A stretch of DNA of 64,000 nucleotides from contig CAJFCJ010000012.1 in the NCBI GenBank assembly GCA_904063045.1, positions 2,771,576-2,835,575 of the forward strand. The letters are read 5' to 3'. Within the stretch, counting starts at the first letter, position 1. Every line of letters begins with the position of its first letter. Under the pieces are notes generated by a model. The model was not told where the DNA came from. It did not search any database and saw only the letters and a list, made by a program, of their open reading frames with translations. The position numbers and the translations under genes are program-made. Source of the DNA: Dimorphilus gyrociliatus (Eukaryota > Animalia > Annelida). Shown piece by piece: positions 13,601 to 26,521 of this stretch.

Positions 13601-14537
13601 GCAAATATGCGATTTGCAGACCACTAATAAAGGATATGGTTCTTATCAAGCATTCAACTGTTCTCTTGTAGGTGATAGAGTATCATTCTATAAAATTGGT
13701 GGTAATAATTTATTCTCCATTTGTGAAATATACGTTTTTGGAAGAAAACAACCTTACAGTTTAAATGGTTATTTTTTTAAACAAATATCTTTTACCAGTT
13801 TAGTTAAAGGTTGTTTTTTTTTCACAGAATATGGTAATATGGTTTTGGCAGAAAGAGGATTTTCATCATATTCATCAGATATAATATTAAATACTAATTG
13901 TAATTTCCATACAAGAGATATTTACATTCAATTTCCAAATAATTACAGATTTACTGCAGTTGGTTTTACAATAATGACAACTGCAAATGTTATAGATGGT
14001 CTAAATATCTATGGAATAGAATACAATACTCCCAATCTTTGTGTACAAGTTAAATATAACATCAAAATTATAAAACCAACAATTTTTACCTTCAATTGTG
14101 AAAGTGAAATGATTGCGAAATATATTCAAATTAAGTCTATCAGCTCTTTTTTCCAATTTTGTAACTTTTTTATTATAAGTAAAGGAATAAGTCAAAATAA
14201 TCAACAAGGTTCTTTTTTACAAACATTTTTTCATGGATCAAACATTTTTTCTTTCTTTTCAGATAATTTTAGATTAGAGAATAAAAGATTATTAAAACCT
14301 GCTTACAGCTTCTATACAGAAAAAACAAGAAACGCTTTGGAATGTTATCATAATTGTTCACAAAATTCACTTTGTGCTGATATTTCGTATAAAGAAGCAA
14401 ATGCTGAATGTTCATTTAGTATATTTCATATATTGCCTCTTTTTAAGCATGTATTGACAAGTTCTTCAAACGATTATCAGCATTCTATTTCACAGAAACA
14501 GCAGATTGATTCAACTCTAGTTTGTTCAATAGGTTAA
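10693..14537 (+). CDS. Secreted multidomain protein: Cys-rich module, PAN/Apple, several F5/8C-fucolectin(FTP)-like domains, C-terminal PAN; multi-exon
   Basis: ATG 10693 MKLIGLFLILTLESCIFC followed by a GT donor; exon EKICSGENDCEFYENCQGNICSC; PAN-like CYRICKQISHFECVSF; FTP-like NVALHKQV...HAVDG, FHKPSWASS...LTDG...PWCRIDL, FPSKAID; PAN-like LECYHNCSQNSLCADISY. Confidence 0.75.
10924..11129 (-). mobile_element. MITE of the telomere-repeat/9-bp-TSD family, in an intron
   Basis: Ends aaaacggcc ... ggccgttttctaccgcatcc; internal ggttaggg/gttagggtaaaa; flanks TAAATGAAA / TAACTAAAA (7/9 match). Confidence 0.7.
12203..12220. repeat. (GA)n microsatellite in an intron
   Basis: gagagagagagagagaga-type run after gaaagt. 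Confidence 0.8.
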
Positions 14538-15149
14538 TGTATAGTTTTTGTGAATATTTTTATGAATTGTTGACTGTTTCTATTTGACAATACTCTAATG
14601 AATGTTATCATACCTACAATTAGCAAATATCTGTTTAATGAATCTGCTGTTGCCGTCTTGGATGAAATTTTTTTTAAACCACGTTTATTCCATAGATTAT
14701 TGAATTACTTTTGTGATTTTGGGAAAGATACCCCATTTTTAACAGTTTAACCCTAACTCTAACCCATCAGTTATCTAAACTTTAAACTACTATGTCTGTT
14801 TCTCCCTATCACATTTTTTTTGTGAGTTGTTTTAAAAATTTTTGAGTGGGTTTCTATTGCAAGATATTTTAATAAATACTATCGTATCAACAATTTGTTG
14901 TGTAGAAATACGTATTTCAGGTTTACTGAAATTCCAAAACCTTTTTAAATAAATCTTCTTATACAATCTTTAAAAGTGTGAAAAACTAACTTTTCTCTTT
15001 TTCTTTTCAACTGATTATTTTTTTACTAAGTGATTGCCAAAAAGACGAAAATTTCGTATCACTCAGATGCTGAATTAAGAGGATACCTGTTATTATATGA
15101 TGAACAAGGCAATTCTTTAGAAAAGTTACTTAAGAACTGTTCCAACATA

Positions 15150-15660
15150 GACAACAATAATTTGGTGTCAAATATGTTGGGATTGACTACTTTGAGCCAT
15201 CAAAATTAAAAAGAGCAGGCAAGGCCTATATGTTACTTCTCATCTGCTTACAGAGCTAGATAGTGAGGCTTGAGATGAGAGAAGGTCTGGATGCAAACTT
15301 CATCAAGATAGAACTCGAAAGGGTGTTAGCAAAACGAAGAAAACCCTTAGTAATTCAGTTTATTTCTAGACCTTCATATCAATGGCGAAAGGACTCACTT
15401 CGAATAGAGCAAAGCCATCTAACCAAGGAAGATTATGGGAAGTGCTTGTGAAGGCAGCCAAATACTTGGCAAAGCCAATGCTCTACAATCAATGGTCCCA
15501 CAAAAGGTGATTCACTCTATGGGAATTAGTGAAAAAGGTAGTTAATGACAATCTACTCCAGCAACGGATGGATAACCCTGGCCAGGTATTGGTGACGCCC
15601 AGCTCAATTAGGAGGGAATAAGGGACAATGGAGTGAGAGTAGATGCATGGCAAAATCACA
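15150..15660 (+). mobile_element. Degenerate BEL/Pao integrase, second copy
   Basis: KYVGIDYFEPSKLKRAGKAYMLLLICLQS*IVRLEMREGLDAN, clearly homologous to 960-1130; later WELVKKVV and VTPSSIRRE; in-frame stops. Confidence 0.78.
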
Positions 15661-15792
15661 TGACTTTCCTTAATTTTCTTGCTTGTATTTTGTAATAGGA
15701 TTATCTTCAAACATATTAATTTTGCTTCTGTATATTTTTCATGAAAACATTTACTTTGTCTAATTCTTAACCAACTCTAGAGTATTTAACTT

Positions 15793-18050
15793 TTTTCAAT
15801 AATTTTCGATGTTTTAACAATATTTCCTTGTATAAAAAGGAACCGCTCTTTAAACAAAATCTGCATTGTTCACGTTGCAACTACAACATCTTTGTACTAT
15901 TACAAGTTCACAGAAACACAACAATATAATAGTAACTCAAATTGTGAAAAAGGTCAAGGTTAAAAGATCATTTTTTCATATTTTAGGTTAAATATTTGAA
16001 AAGAAAAGTTGACAAGATAACTGTTGATTAAAATCAAAAAATTTGTCTGTTAAAATAAAAAGGACAGTCTTATTCAATGTAAAATCTCCAATCCTTTTAC
16101 AATTCAAAGTCAAATATGTCTTTATGTTTATTTTATTAAATGAACAATTTAAACCAATTTCTGGATTTTGTTTGGAATTTTTAGAAAAATTTCCATCACT
16201 GAATTCATTTAAATTTAATTGTTTTTGAATGAAAGTTAATGGATTAATTATCTTAATCATTATTTCTTCATCAGATTCAAACTTTAACTGAAAGAACGAA
16301 TTCTTTGATTTTCTGGGTACAGTAACATACAAGTACTCATTGAACTTGTTATAGACAATTGACATTCTACTATTAGTATTTTTTATTAAAGTAATTTTCC
16401 TTCCTCCTAAAGAGAAGATGAAATGTTATGTACAATTTAAAAGCACCAAAAGTAATCAAACCTTTGAAATCAACTTTTACATAATTAATAACATTTGGCA
16501 ATTTATTTTTAAATGTTATATGAGTAATATTAAGCGGAAGTGGAAAAGTTGATTCAATTATACCCAATAAAATCACATTGTTATCTTCAATTAAACCAAA
16601 TTTCACTTGTGTGCATGTAAATTCAAGCCAGAAAAGTTTCCATTCTGAACAATTTAATAATTGTTGTAAATGATTAATTATAAGGCTTTTTCTTTCTGGT
16701 TTTAGTAATGTCAAAAAAGACTGCCCTATTGTATTGTGAGTTATTGAGCAGATAATTTCATCATTGCATTTAAAACTGACTACGAGAGAATTGCACAAGC
16801 TGAATAAACTACCTTTCACCTGATATTTAAACTCCTTTAGATTGTTTAAATCCTTATTGGACAGATGATAAATGACATCATTAGTTGTTTGAATGTTAAA
16901 AATACTACTGTCAACATCAGCTTTTGTATAAACATCAATCATTGAAATAGAAAATTTTTGAACATTGTAAACTTGTAAGATTTTCAAATGAAACCAAAGT
17001 TCATTGAATGTACTTGAATAATCTTTGCAATTTCTTTGTATTCCTTGTATTAAATCAAATTCTTGGCTAGAGGCAAAGCTCCATTTTACCAACATGCTTT
17101 TTATGATTATGTCCTCATTAAATCTTTTCAAGATATTTTTTAATTGAAAATTACAAGATAAATTCTTAAAAAAAGAAGATATTTTTACCTTTCTGTTACA
17201 CAATATTGATTTGGTTTAGCTGAATAGGCAAAAGTAATATTTATATATTCTCCAATGCAACCACTAATACATTCTGGATTCCAAAAACTATGGAAACTTG
17301 GTTCAAGGGCATTATCACAAATGCCACTAGATGCAGAACATATTGCCCCAATATCGCCTTTTGAAATGCTTGTATAAATTATATCATCATTTCCATCATC
17401 AGCTAGAAGAAATATTTAAAAATTACATTGTTTTGATAATGGAAAATTTGTATTATTAAATGTTTACCTGTATAAGAAAATACCAAAATTGAACTAAATC
17501 TTATATGATTCATACCACTGTGTCCTTCAAATGGTTGTAAATGAATGTACTCAACAGATTCTCCTTGACCATCTTCCAATAGATAACATGTTTCATAACT
17601 ATCCAATTTATAAATAAAAGTTGGCCCTCTGCTAAAAGTGACATTTAAAAGTTCAATTTTATACATTTTCGCTATAATTCTTTGATTTAAACAAAATGAA
17701 ATAATATTGTATGTTTTAAAAAAATTGACTTTAATCCATTGATGAGCGCAATCATCGGGTGAACAAAAAGATGCCCAACCACCCATAACCAACTGCTTAT
17801 CTTCAAGAGCATTTTCACAATTATAAGTAAAACTACCAATATAAGGATGATGTGATGATTCTTCACAAGTAGCCAAATTATGTCTATAGGCCACATTGAG
17901 AAGTTTTGCAAAAGCAGTTACATGGAATGATAAGAAAATAATAAAAGAAGTTATAAAGTAACTGTTCATTGTAAATTTCTTATTACAAATGTAAATTTCT
18001 TAAAATGTTAATTATTAAAAGCGAGATATTAATTATTTATAATCTAAACA
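15793..18050. repeat. Segmental duplication, near-identical to 47949-50206 (offset 32,156 bp)
   Basis: The start offset (15793 vs 47949), stop-codon offset (15988 vs 48144) and ATG offset (17969 vs 50125) are all 32,156; only scattered substitutions seen. Confidence 0.95.
15988..17969 (-). CDS. Secreted protein with F5/8C(discoidin)-like domains and a FAMeT (Methyltransf_FA)-like domain, copy 1; multi-exon
   Basis: Signal peptide MNSYFITSFIIFLSFHVTAFA; CENALED...GGWAS...QWIKVNF; second CDNALE...FW...GEYINITF; LLNCSEWKLFWLEFTCTQVKFG resembles the FAMeT-domain core. Short GT-AG introns join the ORFs in frame. Confidence 0.7.
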
Positions 18051-19393
18051 CATTAAGTAGTTGATTTTAGAAATTTTGAATAAGAACTATTTCAATTTGG
18101 CTATTGTTAACAAAAAATTCTTTTTTGTCTCAGGGTTTGTTATGTGTAATTATACAATTTATTATTAATATTCTTTTGCTCATTGTAAATCGAAAAACAG
18201 TTAATGTCATTAGAGGAAGGAACTGGTCAACAATAGAAAAAAAATTGATTTTGTTGTAGCTAACAAGAACTGAGACAAAAAAAACTATATGTTTTATGAA
18301 TTTTCTTATATTGTAGTTTATTAAACATGTTCAATTTTAAAAAATGGATGTCATGGAAAACATCAATAAATTTATTAATAGTGTGAATGTTTAAGTTATT
18401 AGAAAATCAATGTTTTCATTGTTAAGAATACAGAAGAACTATCTGAGGCATAAAAAATAATTTTTATTATTTTTTATTTTTAAATATGTACATTGTAAAT
18501 GTGTAGAAAATATTTTAAGCACTTGGTTATTAGCGTTTTCTATGACCCTCTTCCATTCACCCTCATGTATTATAGTTGTCTGTTTGTAGGTTTTAATCTC
18601 GCAAGGTTTCCTTTTGAAGATGAGTAAGGGATAATTTTTTGTGTGACTTTCAAAATAGCATGAAATCCTAAATTCACTCTTTCTACAATTTAGTTTCTGC
18701 TAAAAATGAAAACTACCAATGATTGTCCCTAAAAATTATTCAGATGAGTCATCTCTTTATTGAAATTTTTACATGTGATAAAAAATTCAATGGGTTTTGA
18801 CATGAATTTTACAAATGACATTATCTCTTTCATCAAAGGTTACATTGCATAAAATAGAAATTCTCTTTTTTAAAATTACAGCATTGAAATATATCTTGTT
18901 CAAGAGAGATACGTAGTGGAATTGTAGCTTGACGGGCAAACTGACCTTGAACTGTTTTGGAACTAAATTTCGAAGCTTATTGTTCATGATTCAATGGTTA
19001 TTGAGAGTATTGGAAAACAAATACTAAGATTGGTTTCCCTTGGTTCTTTTAGTCTTGATTTTTTTCTATTATTATTAGCTAACCTCCTTAGATTTTCCAT
19101 CTTTGGCAAGCTTTTTTTCACTTTCATTTAAATTTCATTTAAAGGTGATTTGTTGCAAGAATCAGTTCAATTTGTGAAATATAGGATTACTAAAAATAGT
19201 GTCTTAATTTGCAAACAGCATAGTTTACCTAAGGAGAATCAATACAGTGGCATGGAATGATACATTTGATAATTTTTGTGATATGGACTCTATCTAAAAT
19301 ATGGGTGTATCGAAAGCTTGATTATATCCTAATCTTCTAGACAAAATTAAGAAAGAACAACAAACTACATATTTATTTCATTCAAATTTGCTA

Positions 19394-22300
19394 CTATTTA
19401 GAAATTAAAGATCGCTTTTGAAGTATTTTTCTAACAAAATTTCCAAAATCTTCAATATCTTCATAAATACATGCAATAGAAGAGCTCTTCAATTTCTCTA
19501 TTGATACAAAATGTTCCCTGGTTATTGTCTATAATGGAAAAGATCATTAGTTAAATTGTATTTTCTTTGTGAGAGATTAATTTTGACAAAAATGAAAAAT
19601 TCATACATCATACACAACAGTTTTCAAGTCAAGTTTCTGATCCAGGCATAATGAATGACTGTGAACATGTTCCAATGCTTTTGTTACAGCTTTTATGATA
19701 AGTAAATATTTTAAGTTTTTAAACATGTTGCTATTAATTATGATTTCTTCAATAACACGATTTCTTTTGATATGAAAAATATGATTTTGATCTGCTCCAT
19801 TAATGTAATCCAAGACTATTTTTTGAAACAGTGAAAATTAAGATTTAATTTGAGAAATATTCTTTTTAATAATTACAGTTAGCTTCTATCTTAGATATCT
19901 CTAGTTCAACTCTCAATTGCCTTAAAAAGTAGACAAAAAAAGACACTTCCGGTTAAGATGGAAGACTATTAAATAGATAGAATAATATATTACACTTTTT
20001 TTTCCCTTCTCCTCTTGGCATGAACGTAACTCTTTGAGATCTGACTTATTATATAAACACTTGGATTGACCAGAGAATTTAGTGGTAAGAAGAGGCCAAT
20101 TAAAAAACTGTAGGCTCTATCTTTCAAATTCAATTTCAAGAATATTGATAGAAAACCTTGAAAAAGTAGTATTTAGAGAATTTATATAAATGGTATTGTT
20201 GAATTGTCTAACTTAATATTGAAAATGGGATGGAACATAAAATATTCGTCACTATAATTACAATAACTGTGTTTGAAAGTTTCGTATTTGAAGAAAATCT
20301 CATATGCTTCAGTCTAGTACGCGACTGTTTGACATAGATGTATATTTTAATATAACAAAATATTAGAATAATATTGAAAATTAGAAAGGCAACTCCAAAT
20401 GTTAAAAAGGAGTAAATCCACCCTTCCTTGCCAATGTTAAGAATGTTTATATTCAAACAGATTCTAGTTTTTGAATGAAAATTCTACTTTGAAAGAAGAA
20501 AGTAGTAATGAGTAGTTTAAAAATGAATATTCATACATTATACAAAATACTGGGTAAACTTGATATTAATGCTGTTAGGGTAACTAATGCTGTTATAACT
20601 ATGAATTTCCTCTCAAAAAGCTTGATGGAAATGCCATTGTTTAAAACTATTATAGTCTTTTCAACAGTCATCAATAGTAAACTGCCATTAGAGAGAAAGA
20701 AGCCAAACAGAACGATATTTCCCAAAAGTGTGCATGTAAAACTAAATCTCCACTTTTCGTCAAAGTTTAGATAATCGTTACCAAAATATAAATCTGCTAT
20801 TAAAATGATTGTTATGTATACTGATGTAAGCAAATCTCCAATGATATGAGTAGTCTGAAAAGAGATGGTTCCTTTCTCTTTAGTTAGAATTACGAAAATG
20901 ATAAAATTGGCTGCAGTTCCATACAATCCGTATAACGAAAATATTATTTCCATCAATTTTGAATTCAAGAGATTTGAACAGGTTTGAAAGGCAACATTTG
21001 TAGGTGTACATACAATTTTTGGATTAACATATTTCCAAAGCCAACAACAAATTATAAGATACATACTGTGTAATTTTTCAACTTTTCTCAACGATTTTAT
21101 TACTAAATTCATCCCTCTCAAACTTAAAATTGTTCTATTTAAGTGAATTTCTTTAATGCTTTTAAGTGAATTAAAGAATTCTCTCCCAATTGATATTAAT
21201 TTACAATTTGTCATTTTAAATAACACCAATCTATTCAAATTGACAACGTGTTTAAATTCAAGTTTTACTACTTTGGTGTAAGATATATCCAGAATTTTCA
21301 AAGAATAGAAATTGAAATCTCCTAAAAAATTAATATCATTCAAAGGATTGAATGATAAATTCAGATAGATTAGAATATTCCTTCTTAAACGTCCAGTAAG
21401 ATTTTGTAGACTCGCATTGTTTATTATAACATTAATTAAATTTGGATGCTTTGCCAAGTTAAATTCAAAAATTGGATAATCCTTGATTAGAATTGAAGTT
21501 AAAAATGAGGAAAGATTTTGATGGTTTATTCTAAATTTTCCAATTAATGAGAGTTTTTTTAAGGGAGATTGAATATTTATTTCTGTTATTGAATTGTTTA
21601 CATTGGCATTTTGCCAACAAGACATTTGGTATGAATAATTCATAATACAATAATGATTCAATTCATTTAATTTATAACATTGTAATTCATCGCTTCCCAT
21701 CAAACAGTCAACAATACCATTACAAACTTTTTGAAGAAGTATAAACATAGTAGAGTTTTTACATTTAAAAAAACCTTTCGGTTTGAAACTTTCTGTTTTA
21801 TAATTAAATTTTTTAAATGAGAAATTTTCTATTTATTTAAATTTTCACCTTCATCACAAAAATATTCATCATCGCCTTTGAAACAATGTTTTATACCGTC
21901 GCAAACTTGTTCAATTGAAATGCATACTTCTTCACATTGACAAAGCAATTCTCCAGCTTTACATTTTTTGTTTTTGCAGTTTCTAATTGCGTTAAATGGA
22001 TGTTGTACTTTTGATCTTAAATTTCCAGTTGAATCGTATTTAATGTTACATAAGTAATTTGTGAATTGATGACAGATTTTTTTCAGTGCTTTTGAATTAT
22101 TGTTTCTACGGCAACGCATTATATCTTCATCATCTCCCGAGTCGCAATCTGTCTTGAAATCGCATTGGGCATAATCGTAAATTATTTTCTTGTCACAAAC
22201 GAACAGGTTATTGTCTAAGTAAAGTTCAATTAATCAATTATCTAACTCTATTCTTTAAATTAGCAGCAACGGGATTACTAATTGTAAAACGGAGAGATAG

Positions 22301-25300
22301 ATACCTAGATCATTACTAATTTGCATAATATACTCGTAATCTTCGTCACTGCCATCTATGCAATGTTCTTCGCCGTCTGAAAAGTGTTCTTTCAATATGC
22401 ACTGCCCATTTTTGCAATTGCTTTTAGTTGTAAAGAAAAATTAGCATGTCTTAATTAGGTTTCAATATTTCAAAAAGTTAAAGCTATAGACCTAAAATTT
22501 TCTCCTTCGCATATTATTCTTTCTTTAAAATGATAAAAATAACTCAATTAAATGTTAATTAATAAGAAAACGCCTTTGAAAATTATGATTTTGATCTTTT
22601 GATAAAACTGTGGGCCTATCTAATCTAAAAAGTTAACACAATTACTACAACATTCCCCAATTGGTGAGAATCTATTTTCAGGCGTTTTCTTTCTCTATTT
22701 TTTTAAATTAGGCAAATTAACCGCAATAGTCTTCGTCAGATCCGTCTTTGCAGTCTTTAACATAATTACAAACTTGTGAATAATGAACTCTTTCCAATGA
22801 ATTAAAACATACAAAAGTATCATTTTCATTAATGTTACAGTTATTTTCATCTTCTTTTGAAGTACAATCGAAAATTCCGTCACATATATAGTTAATTGAT
22901 ATGCAGAATTGATCTATTTTGCATAAAAAACAACCAGCAGGACAGGTAACCACATCTTCTATTGGTAAATAAAAGTTGTTTATCTGTTGATGGACGATTT
23001 CTGAAAAGGTGGGAATATTAGAAATATTATTAATGTTTATATATGTGGTTGGGAGAAAATAGCCCAGTAGGTAAGAAAAGTTTAGGGTACGATTTTGGCC
23101 ATCTCTAGACTTTGGAACATCTTAATTTTAATATTTTCCAATTGGTGTAGGGCTAAGCTACGGATTAGGAAGCATAAAGTGGAAAGAATCTTGTTGATTT
23201 GTGAGTTAGGATTAGGGTAAAACACCAAAAAATTGGCCGTTTTCTCCAATACCCGTTTATAAAGTGGTACTTGGGAGTTTATGACAAACGTAATGACTAG
23301 TTTTCATATTACAATCTTTTGATTTAAAGTTGGCTTTTGATAATTTATAATAACTTTTGGGAGGAATTGCTGAAAACGACCGCATTTTTGAATTATTTTA
23401 GGAAAAGGTTTTTCAATTAGACACGTGTAAAACTAAGGAATTGAAAATAAGTTCGAAAACATGTGGTCGTTTTCAACAACATTGTATTATTTCTATAGTC
23501 AAAGAGTAACAGCTTTTAATATGCCAGAATTTGTTTAGTGCTCTCCTCTTTGCAGTTGGGTAACCGTAATAAACCTCAATATAATGTGATAGACTAACAC
23601 AATCCTGAAAGAAAATATAAACATTAGATTGATTTACTGTTGGCGAAAGATTTTTCATTTTGCCAGGAAAGGTTTGAAATTCTCAGTATGTTGATTTGGA
23701 AATAGCAATTCTTTAATAAAATTATCAGCAGTTACTTCAATACTCTTGGTTTTCCTGCCTGATTTCTTGTAAAATTCTAATAATAAAAAGCAAAAGAATA
23801 TAGTAATATACTTCCAGTGAGTGCTATCTGTCTTATTACTATTATAAAATGAAATAGAGACATCATAGCTCCTCACTATTTTATTCATTGCAGCGGCAAT
23901 TAATAAAATAACAAATGATCTACTACGAGTTGGAAATTCACTTAAAGTTAGGTTTTTTTCATGGCATATTTCTGCAGTTTCTTCAATTGAGTATCTTATT
24001 GGTTCAGCATATACGTAATAGCAGATTTCGTAAATTGATATGGAATTTTCGTCTTTTTTGCAATCGCTTCCTAAAAAAACAAATCAGTTGGAAAAGAAAA
24101 AAGAAACAGAGTTGATTTTTCACACTTTCTTTGCCTTTTGAACATTTCAAGTAGAATAAAACATGCCTATGATTCTCTCTGAAAAAATATGAATATTAAA
24201 ACAATAAATTATTAACACTCTGTATACAAATCACAACGTTTTTGTTAACGGTATCACTTTACATTGCCGTAAATGTGAACTATTGCATTTCATTGAACTG
24301 AGTACTATTGTATTAGTTAGGAATATTTGTATTTCAGGCGAATTTTGTAAAGGATTTACTATCGTTCCATAATCGAAATCAAAACTTTTACATATGACTT
24401 GAACTTCATGATATGAAATTGTTTTGAAATGAGTCCACATATTGTTAAATATCGTTTGAAATAATCCAGTATATTCACTGTATTCATGTTTATCCCCTTC
24501 GAGTAAACTCCCCGCCTCCAACATGTGAAGCTGATATTTAGCATCTTTAAGCGCATATATATATATATATATAAATAAATATACAATATGATATTTTCTA
24601 AGGTTTTTATACCTCCCCCTCTTTCATTGCAAATAGGATATGCATAATAGAATTTACCATTTGCAGGCCAAAAAGGTTTATTTAATTTGCATCCTCTAAT
24701 TTCATTTTTTATAATTTTACAATTTTCAATGAATATCTCAAATGACCTCATGTACTCTGATTCACTATGTAGAAAAGTCAATGTAGATGGTATCAAATTC
24801 AACCTTCGACATAATAAATTATTCATAATTATCATGTGATTTTTCTCTAAACTTTTGTAAGAGCTTGCGAATTTAAAAACACATGGAAAGGTAGATTGGA
24901 ATAAACTTTTTGATGAGCAAGTAAAAGCTGTCAAAGGGGATTTTGATTTTCCGTATGTAAAAGTCTTCTCTTTTGATACTTGAAAATCTAAAAAAAGGAA
25001 AATATTGGTATAGTAAGTGAGAAAAAACAATACATTTTCCAAAAGGAATCTAAAACTTGGACGAGTTTATCAAGTTTAGATTAATTGGCTTTGGACTGAA
25101 GAAATTACCGTATATTTCATAATAATGACATTTTATTATGGGAAAATGTTCATTTTTATCAGTTAAATGTCGAATTTGAATGGAAGAAAAATTTTTGTCA
25201 AAGATTGCAAAAGCAGATTTATTTACAAGATGTTCTGGAATTTCAGTAAATTTGAACTTTATTCTTCCACACAGCGAATTGTTGGTATCATTATATTCAT

Positions 25301-25883
25301 CAGAGTATTTTACCAAATAGAATGAGTTATTTGTATGGAACATCATTGAATATAACACGTCAGCTTCACTCTCTAATGTAAGGAAATCTAAACAAGTATA
25401 TACATTTTGATACATTGCACTCTAATCTACAAACAAACTTACAATCGCTGTTCTTTTTGGTGCACATCAATTGTACAAAATTCCTATTTTTTGAAGTAAT
25501 ACTGCAATGATAAAAAAAGCCATGTTGTTGATCTTTTAAACGCAATAAAGATTTTAGAGTAGAGCTTACATTTTGCAACATTTTCCACCTTTTATGCGAA
25601 TGCTTACACCTTTTACATATTTTGTCTCACGGTAAAAACTCACTTCGCCAAAGGCAGAAGAATAATTCAATTTTTGACACAAGCTAGTACCATTCCATAG
25701 AATTTTAGTTTTGTAATCCAGAGGAAGTAGGCTATGGTTATGTAATGTCTTTAGTTTACCTATCACGTGTACATTTGTTTCACTTATTATTTGTAGAGAG
25801 AGTTGTAAAGATGAAGGTAGCTCCCATTTGACAGCATGTAAACAAGACCAGAAAAACACATATTCTATAATCAACATCGACAT
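19394..25883 (-). CDS. GRL101/LGR-type GPCR copy 2; multi-exon
   Basis: Signal peptide MSMLIIEYVFFWSCLHA at 25883; SRCR-like 25600-25850 and 24231..24524; LDLa motifs at 22953-21840; ORF 20531..21748 LDLa+LRR+TM1-4; 20208..20456 TM5-6; LPLNSLVNPSVY at 20100-20050; tail exons 19920-19877, 19815-19607, 19528-19394. Confidence 0.85.
23044..23254 (-). mobile_element. MITE of the telomere-repeat/9-bp-TSD family
   Basis: Ends ttgggagaaaatagcc ... ggccgttttctccaataccc; internal gttaggattagggtaaaa; flanks GTTTATATA / GTTTATAAA (8/9). Confidence 0.72.
23367..23479. mobile_element. Short inverted-repeat element, related to the MITE family
   Basis: TTGCTGAAAACGACCGCAT pairs with the reverse complement of ATGTGGTCGTTTTCAACAA (17/19); no clear TSD. 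Confidence 0.55.
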
Positions 25884-26316
25884 ACTGAATGAATTGAATT
25901 TTTCTAAATAATCATTATCAGTTTCATCTGGTAGAATTGTCTTTTGAAGCAGAACGAAATGCATCCGGTCATATTTTATTACACACATCATCAGATAAAT
26001 TTTAATTAACTTTCAATTGATTCATACACTTTTATTGCTTTATATATTTTTGATTTTCATTATTTCCAATAAATTTTTAGCATCCTCACATAAAATATCA
26101 GATCTATAATAATAATACAATTTTCTTTCCAATGCCTTCTCTGGAACAAAGCTATCATTTCTTTTAAATAGTATTGAAATACAAGACAATTCTTCCTTTT
26201 TCTTATTTGTTATCAGCTTTTTTTGAATTGAAGCTATTGTATATTTAGAGGCTATAACAACAGTTTGAGTCATTCTTTCTCTTCAATTGATTATTATGAT
26301 GAAACATCAACAAAAC

Positions 26317-26436
26317 GGATACGACAAAAAACGTCCCGAAATGCATGGTTTAACCCTAACCCTTAGATGGAACACCCCCAAAAATCCAGAATATCGATTT
26401 CAAAAATTTCACTTGGGGACGTTTTCTGTCGGCCCC
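26317..26436 (+). mobile_element. Internally deleted MITE of the same family
   Basis: GGATACGACAAAAAACGTCCC ... GGGGACGTTTTCTGTCGGCCCC; internal aaccctaaccctt; flanks CAACAAAAC / GAATAAAAT (6/9). Confidence 0.75.
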
Positions 26437-26521
26437 GAATAAAATAGAGCTTGTCAACTATGTTGCGTAATAACTGTTCTCATTGAAATCATTATTATAG
26501 CCAAATTTTTAATCCCTTGCT

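Noticed and set aside
20508-20774. Numerous short ORFs antisense to LGR, GPCR and LRR exons (e.g. 2581..2775, 20508..20774, 42706..43002, 59264..59464)
   Set aside because: Shadow frames of well-supported genes on the opposite strand.
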